Part shown: one piece after another, positions 45,036-54,488 of the stretch
Numbering within the stretch: position 1 is the first letter of the stretch
Layout: each line of letters begins with the position of its first letter
Assembly (NCBI GenBank): GCA_035548315.1
Contig: DASZTF010000010.1
Location: 1,721-65,720 of the forward strand
Origin: Minisyncoccota bacterium
Lineage (GTDB): Bacteria; Patescibacteriota; Minisyncoccia; Phycocordibacterales; Phycocordibacteraceae
Length of the DNA: 64,000 bases
Direction of reading: 5' to 3'
Position numbers and translations under genes: made by a program
The notes under the pieces: model-generated
The model's database searches: none
Seen by the model: only the letters and a program-made list of their open reading frames with translations
What the model was told of the DNA's origin: nothing

Positions 45036-47239
45036 CCACCTATGAGACCTGACTGGAGGTTCGTATCTTTATCAAAGAAAGCATCAAGCTCCTTTCCTGC
45101 GGGGGTACCTCGCTTTTTCAACAGAGCAGTCTTCATCTTTGCAAGTTGAGCCTTATTGAATTTTGATTTCACCAGCGCAGCATTCACGTCAGGGGCGTTG
45201 AAGGTATCAAGCAGTTCGGAGTTATCTGCGATTGTGCTTGCCTTCACCTTCATCTTATCCTCGGCCGTCAGGTTTTCAAAGAGAGCAACGGCATCAGCAT
45301 GCTTAGCGGTTCCGATCCAGTTCTCCACGCGACCTGCTTTGGAATTCTGCTTCGCGAGCTGGCGGACCTCGCGCGAGACGTTATTGCTCTTGGCCACGAA
45401 CTCATTCTGCTCGTCACTAAACAGACTTTCTTTCTCGCTGTTTGAAGACGCGATGATTTTAGAGAAGAGTCGGCTGTCGTACTTCGCGAGGAGCTCAGCG
45501 TCCTTGGTGCCGAGGTCGCGCAGGCGCTTCTGGAGGTCCTTGCGTTTATCATCCGGCATCGTGTCAATGTCGACGTTCTTAAGATAGTCGAACGATCCAA
45601 ACCGGCCACGACTAAGCGAGTGCTGCGCTTCCGGAGACACGTCCTTGTCGTTCATGAGTTTGTCGTACGTGTCGGCACTGAGGATCTCGCCGAGCATCTG
45701 GAGCTGCGCGTCGTTGCACTTGGTGATGGTCTCCTTGAGCGTCGAGAGGCTCATCTTCTGGGCGATCTTCTCCGCCAAGTCTGCACGGCCGGCAGCGAGT
45801 GCTTCCCTAAGCTCTGCTGCTTCCGCCGCATGCTTTGAATGATCGGCAAACTGCTTCTTCTCCTTCTGGTAGTCGTCGTATGAGGTATGGCCACCCACCT
45901 TTGCCTTCGCAGGAGCCTTGAGGGCGCCGTAGATAGCCTGGTCAGCTCCCGTGAACTTGAGGACGGCCGCGGTGCGATTGCCCCACTTCGAGCGCTTCTT
46001 CTTATCGCGACCCACCCAGTTCTGGACGCGCTCAGCGCCCTTATTGCCAAGCCAGCTCACCGGCCGGCTCACCAGTGCGAACGGATACGAGACCGCGCTC
46101 GTGGCCATGCCGATCGCGAACTGGGCGCCGATAGCGCCGAGCTGCTTTGCCGACATGAGCGCAGCGACGAGGAATCCGATGATCACGGCGAAGATCACTA
46201 CTGATCCAATTGCGGTGACGTTGCCGTAGGCGAGTGCGTTCATGAGGTTCACGTTCTGCCCCGCGATACCCTGTGCTACTTTAAGCCCCACGAGCACGAG
46301 GAGTATATAGATGGGCGCGAAGAACGCCTGGGAGAGGAGTTTATCCCACCACATGTGCGCGTATTTCTCGAGCGGCGGCACCGCGAGCCCGGCGAACCCG
46401 AGCGGCGACAGCACCATGAGGAACGCGAGCAGAATGCCGCGTGCCACCAGCATGACCACACCCGCAAGGAGCACCACAGAGAGTATCGTCACGAATATCG
46501 CCATGCCGATATACGCGATGCCCCAGTGGGTGTGGTCGGGAGAAGCGCCCTCGTTACTCGTGTTTGCCGAGAACGTACTTGCGATACCCGAGAGCTGGAA
46601 CACCGCGCCCGAAATGCCGCTGCTACTCCCCCCGCTCGCACACTGTTGCTGGGTTCCACTGGTACAGGTCTGGCTCGCCTGATTGTAGAGGAGCGCGGCG
46701 AATGCGTTCGCGGTATCGATCACCGCTTCCGACGCGAGCAGACTGAAATTGAGCAGGATTGCAAAGATAATGAGGCGCGGTAGCGTCTTCTTTACTTCGT
46801 AGCCGTGTATGTCGAGGATCGTCGCGACGCCAAGCATCACGAACCCGAAAATGAGGATGATGTTCGCGACGTCGCGCAGCACGCCCCAGCCCGCAAGTAG
46901 TCCCGCAGAATTGCCGAAGTAATCGCCGAACTGGAACACCGTATAAATAATGACCTCATTGAAGAGCGCGCCGACCATATAGATGAGTAGGTTCGCGATG
47001 GAGAGGACCACGAGTCCGATGCCCTCGATGAGGAGACCGAACGTCCAGTCGGCGGCTTTCCCCGCGAGCCAGCCGAGAAAGTCGGCGTGCGCAGTGTGCG
47101 GTATGCCGAAGACAAAGAGGACAAGTATCAGAGCTGCTGATGCGCCGAATACCGAGCGGAAGATCGCTGAGGTGCCGCGGACCGTATCGAGTATGGCGAG
47201 GAGTTTTGCTTTCATAGTATTAGCCGCCGCATTGCGCAA
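45026..47239 (-). CDS. VirB6/TrbL-like polytopic membrane protein with long cytoplasmic C-terminal domain
   Basis: 737 aa; at least 7 TM helices in the first ~400 aa, charged coiled-coil-like C-terminus. Confidence 0.55.
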   Translation of the reverse strand: MRNAAANTMKAKLLAILDTVRGTSAIFRSVFGASAALILVLFVFGIPHTAHADFLGWLAGKAADWTFGLLIEGIGLVVLSIANLLIYMVGALFNEVIIYTVFQFGDYFGNSAGLLAGWGVLRDVANIILIFGFVMLGVATILDIHGYEVKKTLPRLIIFAILLNFSLLASEAVIDTANAFAALLYNQASQTCTSGTQQQCASGGSSSGISGAVFQLSGIASTFSANTSNEGASPDHTHWGIAYIGMAIFVTILSVVLLAGVVMLVARGILLAFLMVLSPLGFAGLAVPPLEKYAHMWWDKLLSQAFFAPIYILLVLVGLKVAQGIAGQNVNLMNALAYGNVTAIGSVVIFAVIIGFLVAALMSAKQLGAIGAQFAIGMATSAVSYPFALVSRPVSWLGNKGAERVQNWVGRDKKKRSKWGNRTAAVLKFTGADQAIYGALKAPAKAKVGGHTSYDDYQKEKKQFADHSKHAAEAAELREALAAGRADLAEKIAQKMSLSTLKETITKCNDAQLQMLGEILSADTYDKLMNDKDVSPEAQHSLSRGRFGSFDYLKNVDIDTMPDDKRKDLQKRLRDLGTKDAELLAKYDSRLFSKIIASSNSEKESLFSDEQNEFVAKSNNVSREVRQLAKQNSKAGRVENWIGTAKHADAVALFENLTAEDKMKVKASTIADNSELLDTFNAPDVNAALVKSKFNKAQLAKMKTALLKKRGTPAGKELDAFFDKDTNLQSGLIGGWP

Positions 47240-48827
47240 GCTGCTTCAGGTAGTCGAGAAGCGTCTGCAGGTATCCCGTGCCCCCGCTCCCTCCGGTGGT
47301 GTCTCCTGACTGTATTTGCTGCGCCTCTTGGTGGGCATTCGCTATGTCGGTATTGCTTGGGGTTGCGGGGCTCGCAAGAAACGCCTGGAATTCAGTCGAA
47401 ACTTGGGTGATACTCGGCAGACTTGACGTCACGGTAGAGAGTCCGGTGCCAGCGCCTGCGAGCGCCGCCGTCGCATCATTTGAGATCTTCTGCAGTCCAG
47501 CTATCGCCGTCGCTGTCTTTGCCTGCTCGGCCTGGATCTGGGTAATGATGCCCGCGATGCCGTTCTCGGTGGTAGAGCCGGTGTTGTTACATTGTCCTGC
47601 GGCGAGTTTACCCTGCTGCGCGGCCGTGAGAACGGTGCCGAGGTCAGTCTGGTATTGCTGGAGTGATTGCAGCTCGCTGTTAATAGACGTCGCAAGCGTA
47701 GCGTTTTCGGTGGAGGTTGCTTGCGCACCCGTGATCTGGCTTGGGTCAGTCGCGCGGGCGAGATAGCCGGAAGACGAAACACCCGAGAGACCAGTGCCGC
47801 CGAGCACCTGTGACACGAGCTGCGAGAGCAGCGCACCGATCACCTCATTGAATTCATCTGCCGTGACGAGCGTGTCGCCCTGGATGCCGAGCGTCTTGTT
47901 GAGCTGTGCCTGAATTACCGAGCCCGGTGTCTGTATGGTGCCGGTAGCACCGTCCTTGGTGGTGCACGTCTGGGCAGTGGTGCCATCGAGCTGCGGGTCT
48001 ACCGCGCAGTGCCCTTCCGGGGGGTCGACACACGCAAGCGACCCGGCGCAGTCATCGTCGGTGTGGCACGAGCCGCCTTCATTTGCACCACCACCACCAC
48101 CGGTCGCGTCACCGCACCAGGAAAGGAATCCCTGGCCCCAGCTTGCCTGGGTTGTGTGCTGCGCTTGTGCCTTGTCGATCTGGGCCTGGAGCGCAGAGGC
48201 AGCGACGAGGCGCGCGCCGAGCGGATTATTCTGTGGGTACTGGCTTGCGGCATACCACGCACCCCACCCACCCTGCGAGAAATTACCTGCAAGGAATGCG
48301 CTGTCGTTGCTCGTGATTTTGTTGAGTCCATACGCGATCGATGTGAAGAAGCCCGTCTGGCTCGAGCCAAGCGCATACTGCTGCGCGGTTGCTTGTGCCA
48401 CCTGGGATTGAAATGGTGACTTGAGTGCGCTGTTGGAACTCAGCTGGCTGATGAAGCTGTGCGCGGTCACGTCCGCGACCTGGGTGAGGAATCCCTGGAA
48501 GTTCGTGATGAACGACGGTGAACCTTTGAAGCCCGAGTTGATCCAGTTCACCACACTTTTGGTCATCATCTGGATAGCTATCTTCCCGATCGTCCAGCCA
48601 AGTGTGTCGAGACTGATGCCGGTGCCGAGCGGTCCTTTGCGTGCCTGATACGCAGCCGCGAGTGTAGTATTAACCGCGAGGTTAGCCGGATCGAGCGTAA
48701 CGCTGCCCGGAAGGGTGATTACGGCGTCTACGCCAATTGCGTACGCAGGGCGCGGTGCGGTCACGATCGAGCCACCGAGCGTCGCGAGCATGAGGACGAT
48801 GAGCGTCGTGCGCGTGAAGTACGTCAT
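47220..48827 (-). CDS. large hypothetical secreted protein (Thr/Gly/Ala-rich, Cys cluster)
   Basis: 535 aa; signal peptide ...SIVTAPRPAYA; internal cluster CGDATGGGGGANEGGSCHTDDDCAGSLAC. Confidence 0.45.
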   Translation of the reverse strand: MTYFTRTTLIVLMLATLGGSIVTAPRPAYAIGVDAVITLPGSVTLDPANLAVNTTLAAAYQARKGPLGTGISLDTLGWTIGKIAIQMMTKSVVNWINSGFKGSPSFITNFQGFLTQVADVTAHSFISQLSSNSALKSPFQSQVAQATAQQYALGSSQTGFFTSIAYGLNKITSNDSAFLAGNFSQGGWGAWYAASQYPQNNPLGARLVAASALQAQIDKAQAQHTTQASWGQGFLSWCGDATGGGGGANEGGSCHTDDDCAGSLACVDPPEGHCAVDPQLDGTTAQTCTTKDGATGTIQTPGSVIQAQLNKTLGIQGDTLVTADEFNEVIGALLSQLVSQVLGGTGLSGVSSSGYLARATDPSQITGAQATSTENATLATSINSELQSLQQYQTDLGTVLTAAQQGKLAAGQCNNTGSTTENGIAGIITQIQAEQAKTATAIAGLQKISNDATAALAGAGTGLSTVTSSLPSITQVSTEFQAFLASPATPSNTDIANAHQEAQQIQSGDTTGGSGGTGYLQTLLDYLKQLAQCGG

Positions 48828-49837
48828 GGGGTGGTAGCGGCCGCAACCTGCGCTTCAGCGACGTTTGTGAGATGGAAGAACGAGTGGCCGGGGTCCGTGT
48901 CTGTGAGTGTCACTCCGTCGGCAACAAACACCGCGTTCATTGTCTGGAGGGCGGTCGCGAGCTGCGCCGCGTCATCGGGGTACTGTTGGAGTCCGAGCAT
49001 TGCGCGGATGGGATCATTCGTCACCGATCCGAGGTCGGTAATGGTAGACCCGAGCTGCGCCATCGCATTCACCACTGCAAGGTGCGCTGCGGCTGCTTCT
49101 TCGGGCACGGGGACTTTTACTGCGGCTTGCGCGATCTTTGCATACGCAGCGCCAATTTCCTGCACATGGGCAAGTGCTGTCGAATCGTTCTTCTCCACTG
49201 CGTCGCTGAAGTAGGTCAGTTCGTCATAGGGGAGCTGCACGGTATTGCCGGCGAACGCGTTGTCCATGCCCGCTGCGTAGGCTTTGAGCACATCGGCACC
49301 CTGCCCTTTTACTATCGTGTCGCTCGTACTGTAGGCAGACGTGTGCAGGCGGCTCGCTTCAAGCTCCGTGATAGCGTCTTGAACAAACGACTGCATTTCA
49401 TCTGAGGTTGGGGGTGTTGCGCCGCGCTGATTCATGTAGGTGCTAAAGAACAGCTGGGAGAACTGATCCGTAATAGACCCAGCTGCTGCTGTAGGTCCGG
49501 GCACGGTCTGTGTTTTTGGCGTATGGGCGGTCGCCGCAGTGTTCGTATATGTCGGGGTGACGAGTCCCTGCGCCACTGCTTGGCTGTCAGTCACACTCGC
49601 ACGCACGGAGTGCGCGTTATTGGGGTCGGTGCCGTAGAGGGTTTCTTCCCAGTCGGGGAGGCCGTCGCCATCGCTGTCCTTTGCGGCGTAGGCTTTGAGG
49701 AGTTCCTGTGTCGATTCAGCGCTTGCTGGTGTGGAGAGCGAGAGGGTATGGCCTGAAAAGTAGAATGCGCCGACGATAAGCACTACCGCAACTACAAGCG
49801 ATAGTCCAATCGTCCTCGATCGTGTGTCAGGTGCCAC
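48824..49837 (-). CDS. hypothetical membrane-anchored protein with DSDGDGLPDWEE calcium-binding-like motif (GTG start)
   Basis: 337 aa; N-terminal TM; thrombospondin-type-3-like DxDxDGxxDxxE motif; first gene of the operon. Confidence 0.45.
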   Translation of the reverse strand: MAPDTRSRTIGLSLVVAVVLIVGAFYFSGHTLSLSTPASAESTQELLKAYAAKDSDGDGLPDWEETLYGTDPNNAHSVRASVTDSQAVAQGLVTPTYTNTAATAHTPKTQTVPGPTAAAGSITDQFSQLFFSTYMNQRGATPPTSDEMQSFVQDAITELEASRLHTSAYSTSDTIVKGQGADVLKAYAAGMDNAFAGNTVQLPYDELTYFSDAVEKNDSTALAHVQEIGAAYAKIAQAAVKVPVPEEAAAAHLAVVNAMAQLGSTITDLGSVTNDPIRAMLGLQQYPDDAAQLATALQTMNAVFVADGVTLTDTDPGHSFFHLTNVAEAQVAAATTP

Positions 49838-49883
49838 GGCGAATACGTATAAATAGTATCACGCAAGTCGCTTAACAAGCCCT

Positions 49884-50678
49884 TCATTGTGCATTACTAC
49901 GCGAGGTTAGAAGCTTTTCTGAAAACGATTGCCAGGTTTTGAGTGAAAGGTCTTCCGCCCGGGCCTTTTCGGGTATCCCCGCTGCGGCAAATGCATTCAA
50001 AATCGTTTCTCGGGTTGCAATGTCAGTGAGGTTACTTGCCAAGAGCTTGCGCTTATGTGCAAATCCGGCCCTGACGACCTTGAAAAAGTGGGTTTCCGCG
50101 TGGCGCGAGGCAAAGGGCGAGCGAATATTTCGTATAGAAATGACTGCGGAGTCCACATTCGGGGCTGGCTTGAACGCGCCGCGCGGCACCGTGAACTCGT
50201 ATTTGGGTACCCCGTACACTTTCACAGAAATCGAGAGCAAGCTTTCTTTTTTACTCCGCGCGATTCTTTCGGCAACTTCTTTTTGCACGAGCAGTGTCAT
50301 CGAGGCCGGCTTGTGGTCAGCGGTAAGGAACGTGCGGATGATCTCCCCCGTGAGGTAGTACGGAATATTTGCGACGAGCGCATAGGCGCCAGTAATAGAT
50401 GAAGGGTCGAACGCGCGGATGTCGCTCGCGATAAGTGTGAGCTTCTTTTCTTTGATCTCATGCGCGAATGTTTCTTCGAGCACATCGACTAGCTCCGTGT
50501 CAGCTTCCACGGCGATCACGTGCTTCGCGCGCGCGAGAAGTGGCTTCGTGAGGAGTCCGGTGCCCGGCCCGATTTCAAGCACGGTGTCGTGTTCCTCGAT
50601 GCCGCTAGCAAGCGCGATGCGCTCAGCCGTCTGCGCGTGCATGAGGAAGTTCTGCCCGAGCGACTTTTTAGCCTTCAT
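49884..50678 (-). CDS. rsmA: 16S rRNA (adenine1518/1519-N6)-dimethyltransferase
   Basis: 264 aa; LGQNFL start and SAM motif VLEIGPGTGLLT. Confidence 0.85.
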   Translation of the reverse strand: MKAKKSLGQNFLMHAQTAERIALASGIEEHDTVLEIGPGTGLLTKPLLARAKHVIAVEADTELVDVLEETFAHEIKEKKLTLIASDIRAFDPSSITGAYALVANIPYYLTGEIIRTFLTADHKPASMTLLVQKEVAERIARSKKESLLSISVKVYGVPKYEFTVPRGAFKPAPNVDSAVISIRNIRSPFASRHAETHFFKVVRAGFAHKRKLLASNLTDIATRETILNAFAAAGIPEKARAEDLSLKTWQSFSEKLLTSRSNAQ

Positions 50679-50680
50679 AG

Positions 50681-52612
50681 TTAGAGGTATATCGAGGGGA
50701 GCGTATCACGTTCGCTCTCCGAATACACGGCGAGCGCGTCGCCGAGATCACTGAGGAATGCTGACGGCTCCGATACATAATCGCTTCCGTAGATACGACG
50801 TATGCGCGCGAGCGTGAGGTACACACGCTTTTTTGCGCGCGTCACCGCCACGTAAAAGAGTCGCCGCTCCTCTTCTTGGTCGCGGTCTTCGTCTTCCATA
50901 CCTTCGTGCGGGAAGAGTCCTTGTTCCATACCGGTGACAAATACGGTGTCGAACTCGAGCCCTTTCGCTGCGTGCACCGTCATGAGTGTCACGCCACGCG
51001 CTTCTTTTTTGCGATCCATTTCGTCTTGATCGCTCGCGAGCGCGGCATCGGCGAGGAATGCGGAGATGCCGTCCTTGCCCGGCATTTCATCGTACCGGCT
51101 TGCGAAGGTCGCGAGCTCCTGGATATTCTCCAACCGCTCGGCGTCGTCTTCCCCGCCCTTCTTGAGCGCGTCTTCAAGGCCGCTTTTCTCGATGATGGTC
51201 TTCACGAAGGCCGAGGGGAACGCCGCCTCTGCAGTCCGAGAAAGCGAGGCAATTACTGCGTCAAATGCCTCTACCTTAGCCCGTTCCGCGGGCTTGAGCG
51301 TATCGTATTTTCCCGCGAGCACCTTGCCGAGTGTGACTTTCCCGATGCCGCGCGAGGGCGCTTGGACGGCACGAACCTTATCAGCTTCGCGCTCTGGGTC
51401 GACTGCGAGTCGCGCCCACGCGAGCACGTCTTTTACTTCTTTGCGGTCGAAGAACCGCGTACCGAGCAGTCGATACGGCAATCCTTCGTGGAGAAATGCT
51501 TCTTCGAGCGCGCGCGATTGGAAATTGGTGCGGAAGAGCACCGCCATTGTTTCCGGTGCTTCGCCTGCGCGTACGAGACGCTTCGCTTCCTGCGCAATCC
51601 ACGCTGCTTCTCCCTCCGCGGTGTCCGCAGCGTGGATGCGGATGAGTTCACCTTCTGCATTTTGCGTCACCGACTTTTTCTCTTTGCGATTTTTATTTTT
51701 CTCGATGATACGGTTCCCTGCTTCCACGATGCGCTTGGTCGAGCGGTAGTTTTCTTCGAGGATGATCGTCTTCGCATCGGGATAGGTTTCGTCGAACGTG
51801 AGCAGGTTGTCGATGGTCGCGCCACGCCACGTATAAATAGTCTGGTCGATGTCACCCACCACGAAAAGGTTGCGATGCTTTGCCGCGAGCATCGTCGCGA
51901 GCTCTCCCTGCAGTGCGTTCGTGTCTTGATATTCATCGATGTGAATGTAATCCCAGCGTTCTTGCGCATCGCGCCGTGCACTCTCGTGTTCGCGCAAGAG
52001 CTGCACCGGCTTCGTGATGAGGTCGTCGAAGTCGAGGGCTTTTTCTTTCGCGAGCACGGTGTCGTACTTCTCCCACACCTGCGCCGCCACGCGCGAGCGG
52101 AATGATTCGTGTGCGTGACGTGATTGGAATGCTTCGCGGGTGAGTCCCTCGCCCTTTGCACTACTGATACGTCCGAGTATCGCGCGCGGCGGAACTTCTT
52201 TTGGGTCGATGGCGAGTTCCTTGAGCGCTTCCTTCACTGCACGTTCGGAGTCATCACGATCAAATATGGAAAAATACCGCGGCACCCCGATGGCGCGACC
52301 ATAGGTCTCAAGGAGTTCGCGCCCGAGTCCGTGGAAGGTCGCGACGAACGGCAGCTCGCGCGAGCGGCGACCGGGCTCGTAGGAGAACCCAAGCAGTGCA
52401 GCGATACGCTCGCGCATCTCTCGGGCGGCCTTATTGGTGAAGGTCACTGCGAGTATCTTCTCGGGGAGTACGCCCTCGCGGATGAGGTGGTAGATCCGGG
52501 TGGTGAGTACCCGTGTTTTCCCTGACCCGGCTCCGGCGAGCACGGAAATCGGTCCCGAGGTCGAAAGAACAGCGTCTTTCTGCGCATGATTAAGACCATC
52601 GAGGTACGACAT
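50681..52612 (-). CDS. uvrD: UvrD/PcrA-family ATP-dependent DNA helicase
   Basis: start at MSYLDGLNHAQKDAV; Walker A AGAGSGKTRVL, UvrD motifs throughout. Confidence 0.85.
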   Translation of the reverse strand: MSYLDGLNHAQKDAVLSTSGPISVLAGAGSGKTRVLTTRIYHLIREGVLPEKILAVTFTNKAAREMRERIAALLGFSYEPGRRSRELPFVATFHGLGRELLETYGRAIGVPRYFSIFDRDDSERAVKEALKELAIDPKEVPPRAILGRISSAKGEGLTREAFQSRHAHESFRSRVAAQVWEKYDTVLAKEKALDFDDLITKPVQLLREHESARRDAQERWDYIHIDEYQDTNALQGELATMLAAKHRNLFVVGDIDQTIYTWRGATIDNLLTFDETYPDAKTIILEENYRSTKRIVEAGNRIIEKNKNRKEKKSVTQNAEGELIRIHAADTAEGEAAWIAQEAKRLVRAGEAPETMAVLFRTNFQSRALEEAFLHEGLPYRLLGTRFFDRKEVKDVLAWARLAVDPEREADKVRAVQAPSRGIGKVTLGKVLAGKYDTLKPAERAKVEAFDAVIASLSRTAEAAFPSAFVKTIIEKSGLEDALKKGGEDDAERLENIQELATFASRYDEMPGKDGISAFLADAALASDQDEMDRKKEARGVTLMTVHAAKGLEFDTVFVTGMEQGLFPHEGMEDEDRDQEEERRLFYVAVTRAKKRVYLTLARIRRIYGSDYVSEPSAFLSDLGDALAVYSESERDTLPSIYL

Positions 52613-52896
52613 CGCTTCACTATACGCTATCGCTGAAAAAGCTAGCAAATAAGCCGTATTTTTATCCCTTCCCCGCCTGTCCACACGGAGTGTCCCCAGT
52701 GGTTGACCCGGGTCTTCATCTCCGCTACACTTTGAGGATTGCCTGACACGGATGCACGAAAGTGGCTTAGGTAAGCCATAGTTTACGGAAGAACGACTCT
52801 CGACCCTACCTGCGTATCAATTTTCACCCCAAACTGTTCCGCGCGACTGCAAAAGGCAGCAGCAGAACTGCATACTGGTTCGGAGGTGTTACTCTA

Positions 52897-53964
52897 GTGG
52901 CCGCGCTTGCCCTAAGCACCGTGGCTTTTGCCTTTCCTAAGCAAACCCACGCACTTTGCTTCCTCACCTGCTTTACCCCTTCTGCCGAGGCGAACTCGGG
53001 TGCGGTGGTCCCCGATAGTGGGCTCGCGCTTTTGACGGCGGCCACCAACCCTGACCCGAATCCGGCGAAGGGCGCAAGCGACCTTAACCTCACTGAGGGT
53101 TCTGCCCTTATCGCCGAGGCGGGCCCCGGCGGTTCCGCTCCGGACACCATTTCCGTACCCAAGAGCTCGAGCATTTCGAGCTACACCGTCGTCGAGGGCG
53201 ATACGCTCTCCGAGATCGCCGAGAAGTTCGGCGTTTCTACTAATACGATCCTGTGGGCGAACAACCTCACTCTCAAATCGACCATCAAGCCGGGCATGAC
53301 ACTCCTCATCCTCCCGGTCTCGGGCGTGGAGCATACGGTGCTTTCGGGGGAAACGCTCGCGTCGCTCGCGACAAAGTACCACGCTGACGCGACAGAAATT
53401 GCGACGTACAACGGTCTTGAATCGAGCGCATCGCTTACTGCGGGCACCAAGATCATCATCCCGGGCGGCGAGATCGCGTCGACAGCGTCGAGTGCAAAAT
53501 CGAGCTCGACGGTCAAGAGTAGCTCCGCGAAGTCGCCATCTACACCGAGGGGCCTCTCCGGTTCTGGTGGTAGAGACCTTTCTTCCTTCTGGACCAGTAA
53601 TCCGCTTCCTCATGCCATTCTCACGCAGGGCATCCACGACACGAACGCCGTCGACCTCGGCTCTCCGGTTGGCACGCCGATCAGCGCTATCGGCCCGGGC
53701 AAGGTCATCTTCGTCTCGCGTAACGGCAGCTACAACCACGGCTGGGGTAACGATGTGATCATCGACCACGGCAATGGCGTGCAGACGCTCTACGCGCATA
53801 TGAGCACCGTCTCCGTATCGGTGGGCCAGAGCGTTTCGGGCGGCACGGTGATCGGCGCGGTCGGTATGACGGGCGACACCACGGGCCCGCATCTCCATAT
53901 CGAAGTCCGCGGTGCCCTAAGTCCATTCGCCAAGTGCACCCTCCGTTCCCTCTGCACGCTCTAA
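52897..53964 (+). CDS. LysM-domain peptidase M23 (peptidoglycan endopeptidase)
   Basis: 355 aa; signal peptide, LysM repeats (YTVVEGDTLSEIAEKFGV...), M23 motifs HxxxD and HLHIEV. Confidence 0.8.
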   Translation: MAALALSTVAFAFPKQTHALCFLTCFTPSAEANSGAVVPDSGLALLTAATNPDPNPAKGASDLNLTEGSALIAEAGPGGSAPDTISVPKSSSISSYTVVEGDTLSEIAEKFGVSTNTILWANNLTLKSTIKPGMTLLILPVSGVEHTVLSGETLASLATKYHADATEIATYNGLESSASLTAGTKIIIPGGEIASTASSAKSSSTVKSSSAKSPSTPRGLSGSGGRDLSSFWTSNPLPHAILTQGIHDTNAVDLGSPVGTPISAIGPGKVIFVSRNGSYNHGWGNDVIIDHGNGVQTLYAHMSTVSVSVGQSVSGGTVIGAVGMTGDTTGPHLHIEVRGALSPFAKCTLRSLCTL

Positions 53965-54070
53965 TTGCGTAGGGATTTTGTTATACACACCGGCCGCGCC
54001 TGTACTAACGGAGCGCTGCTACTTTGGGTCTAGAACGTGCGACTCGCGTGCGTTTAGAAAGGGGCATACG

Positions 54071-54436
54071 ATGCGTTCTTTATCACTCGGATTGCTTTTC
54101 GCCGCTGTCGCTTTTGTTGGAGACGTGCACGCCGTTGAGCAGAAAACCATCACTGTCGTTAACGACACGCCCTACTCGATCGTCGAATTCAACGTATGGC
54201 CTGAGTCCGATGGACCGTCGTCTCAAGTCACACCCTTTACCGGCTTTCCGGATGACAACGGCATGGTGACTGGATCACTCGGCGCGCTCGAGACAGCTCG
54301 TGTGTATGTCGACAAGCGCCACTGCATGTATCTGTTTACTGGAGAAACCGATTTCGGGCGTCTGTTTACGGGAGAAATTAATACGTGTGATCCTGCAGTC
54401 ACCGGTGTCCGTCTCTCGACCACCATGTCTGCATGA
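54071..54436 (+). CDS. hypothetical small secreted protein
   Basis: 121 aa from MRSLSLGLLFAAVAFVGDVHA signal peptide. Confidence 0.4.
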   Translation: MRSLSLGLLFAAVAFVGDVHAVEQKTITVVNDTPYSIVEFNVWPESDGPSSQVTPFTGFPDDNGMVTGSLGALETARVYVDKRHCMYLFTGETDFGRLFTGEINTCDPAVTGVRLSTTMSA

Positions 54437-54488
54437 TCTGTTGAATACGAATGGGCCGGCTTCGCACGAAGTCGGCCTCTTCTTTTTG

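Noticed and set aside
50876-52105. 409-aa plus-strand ORF
   Set aside because: It is antisense to uvrD.
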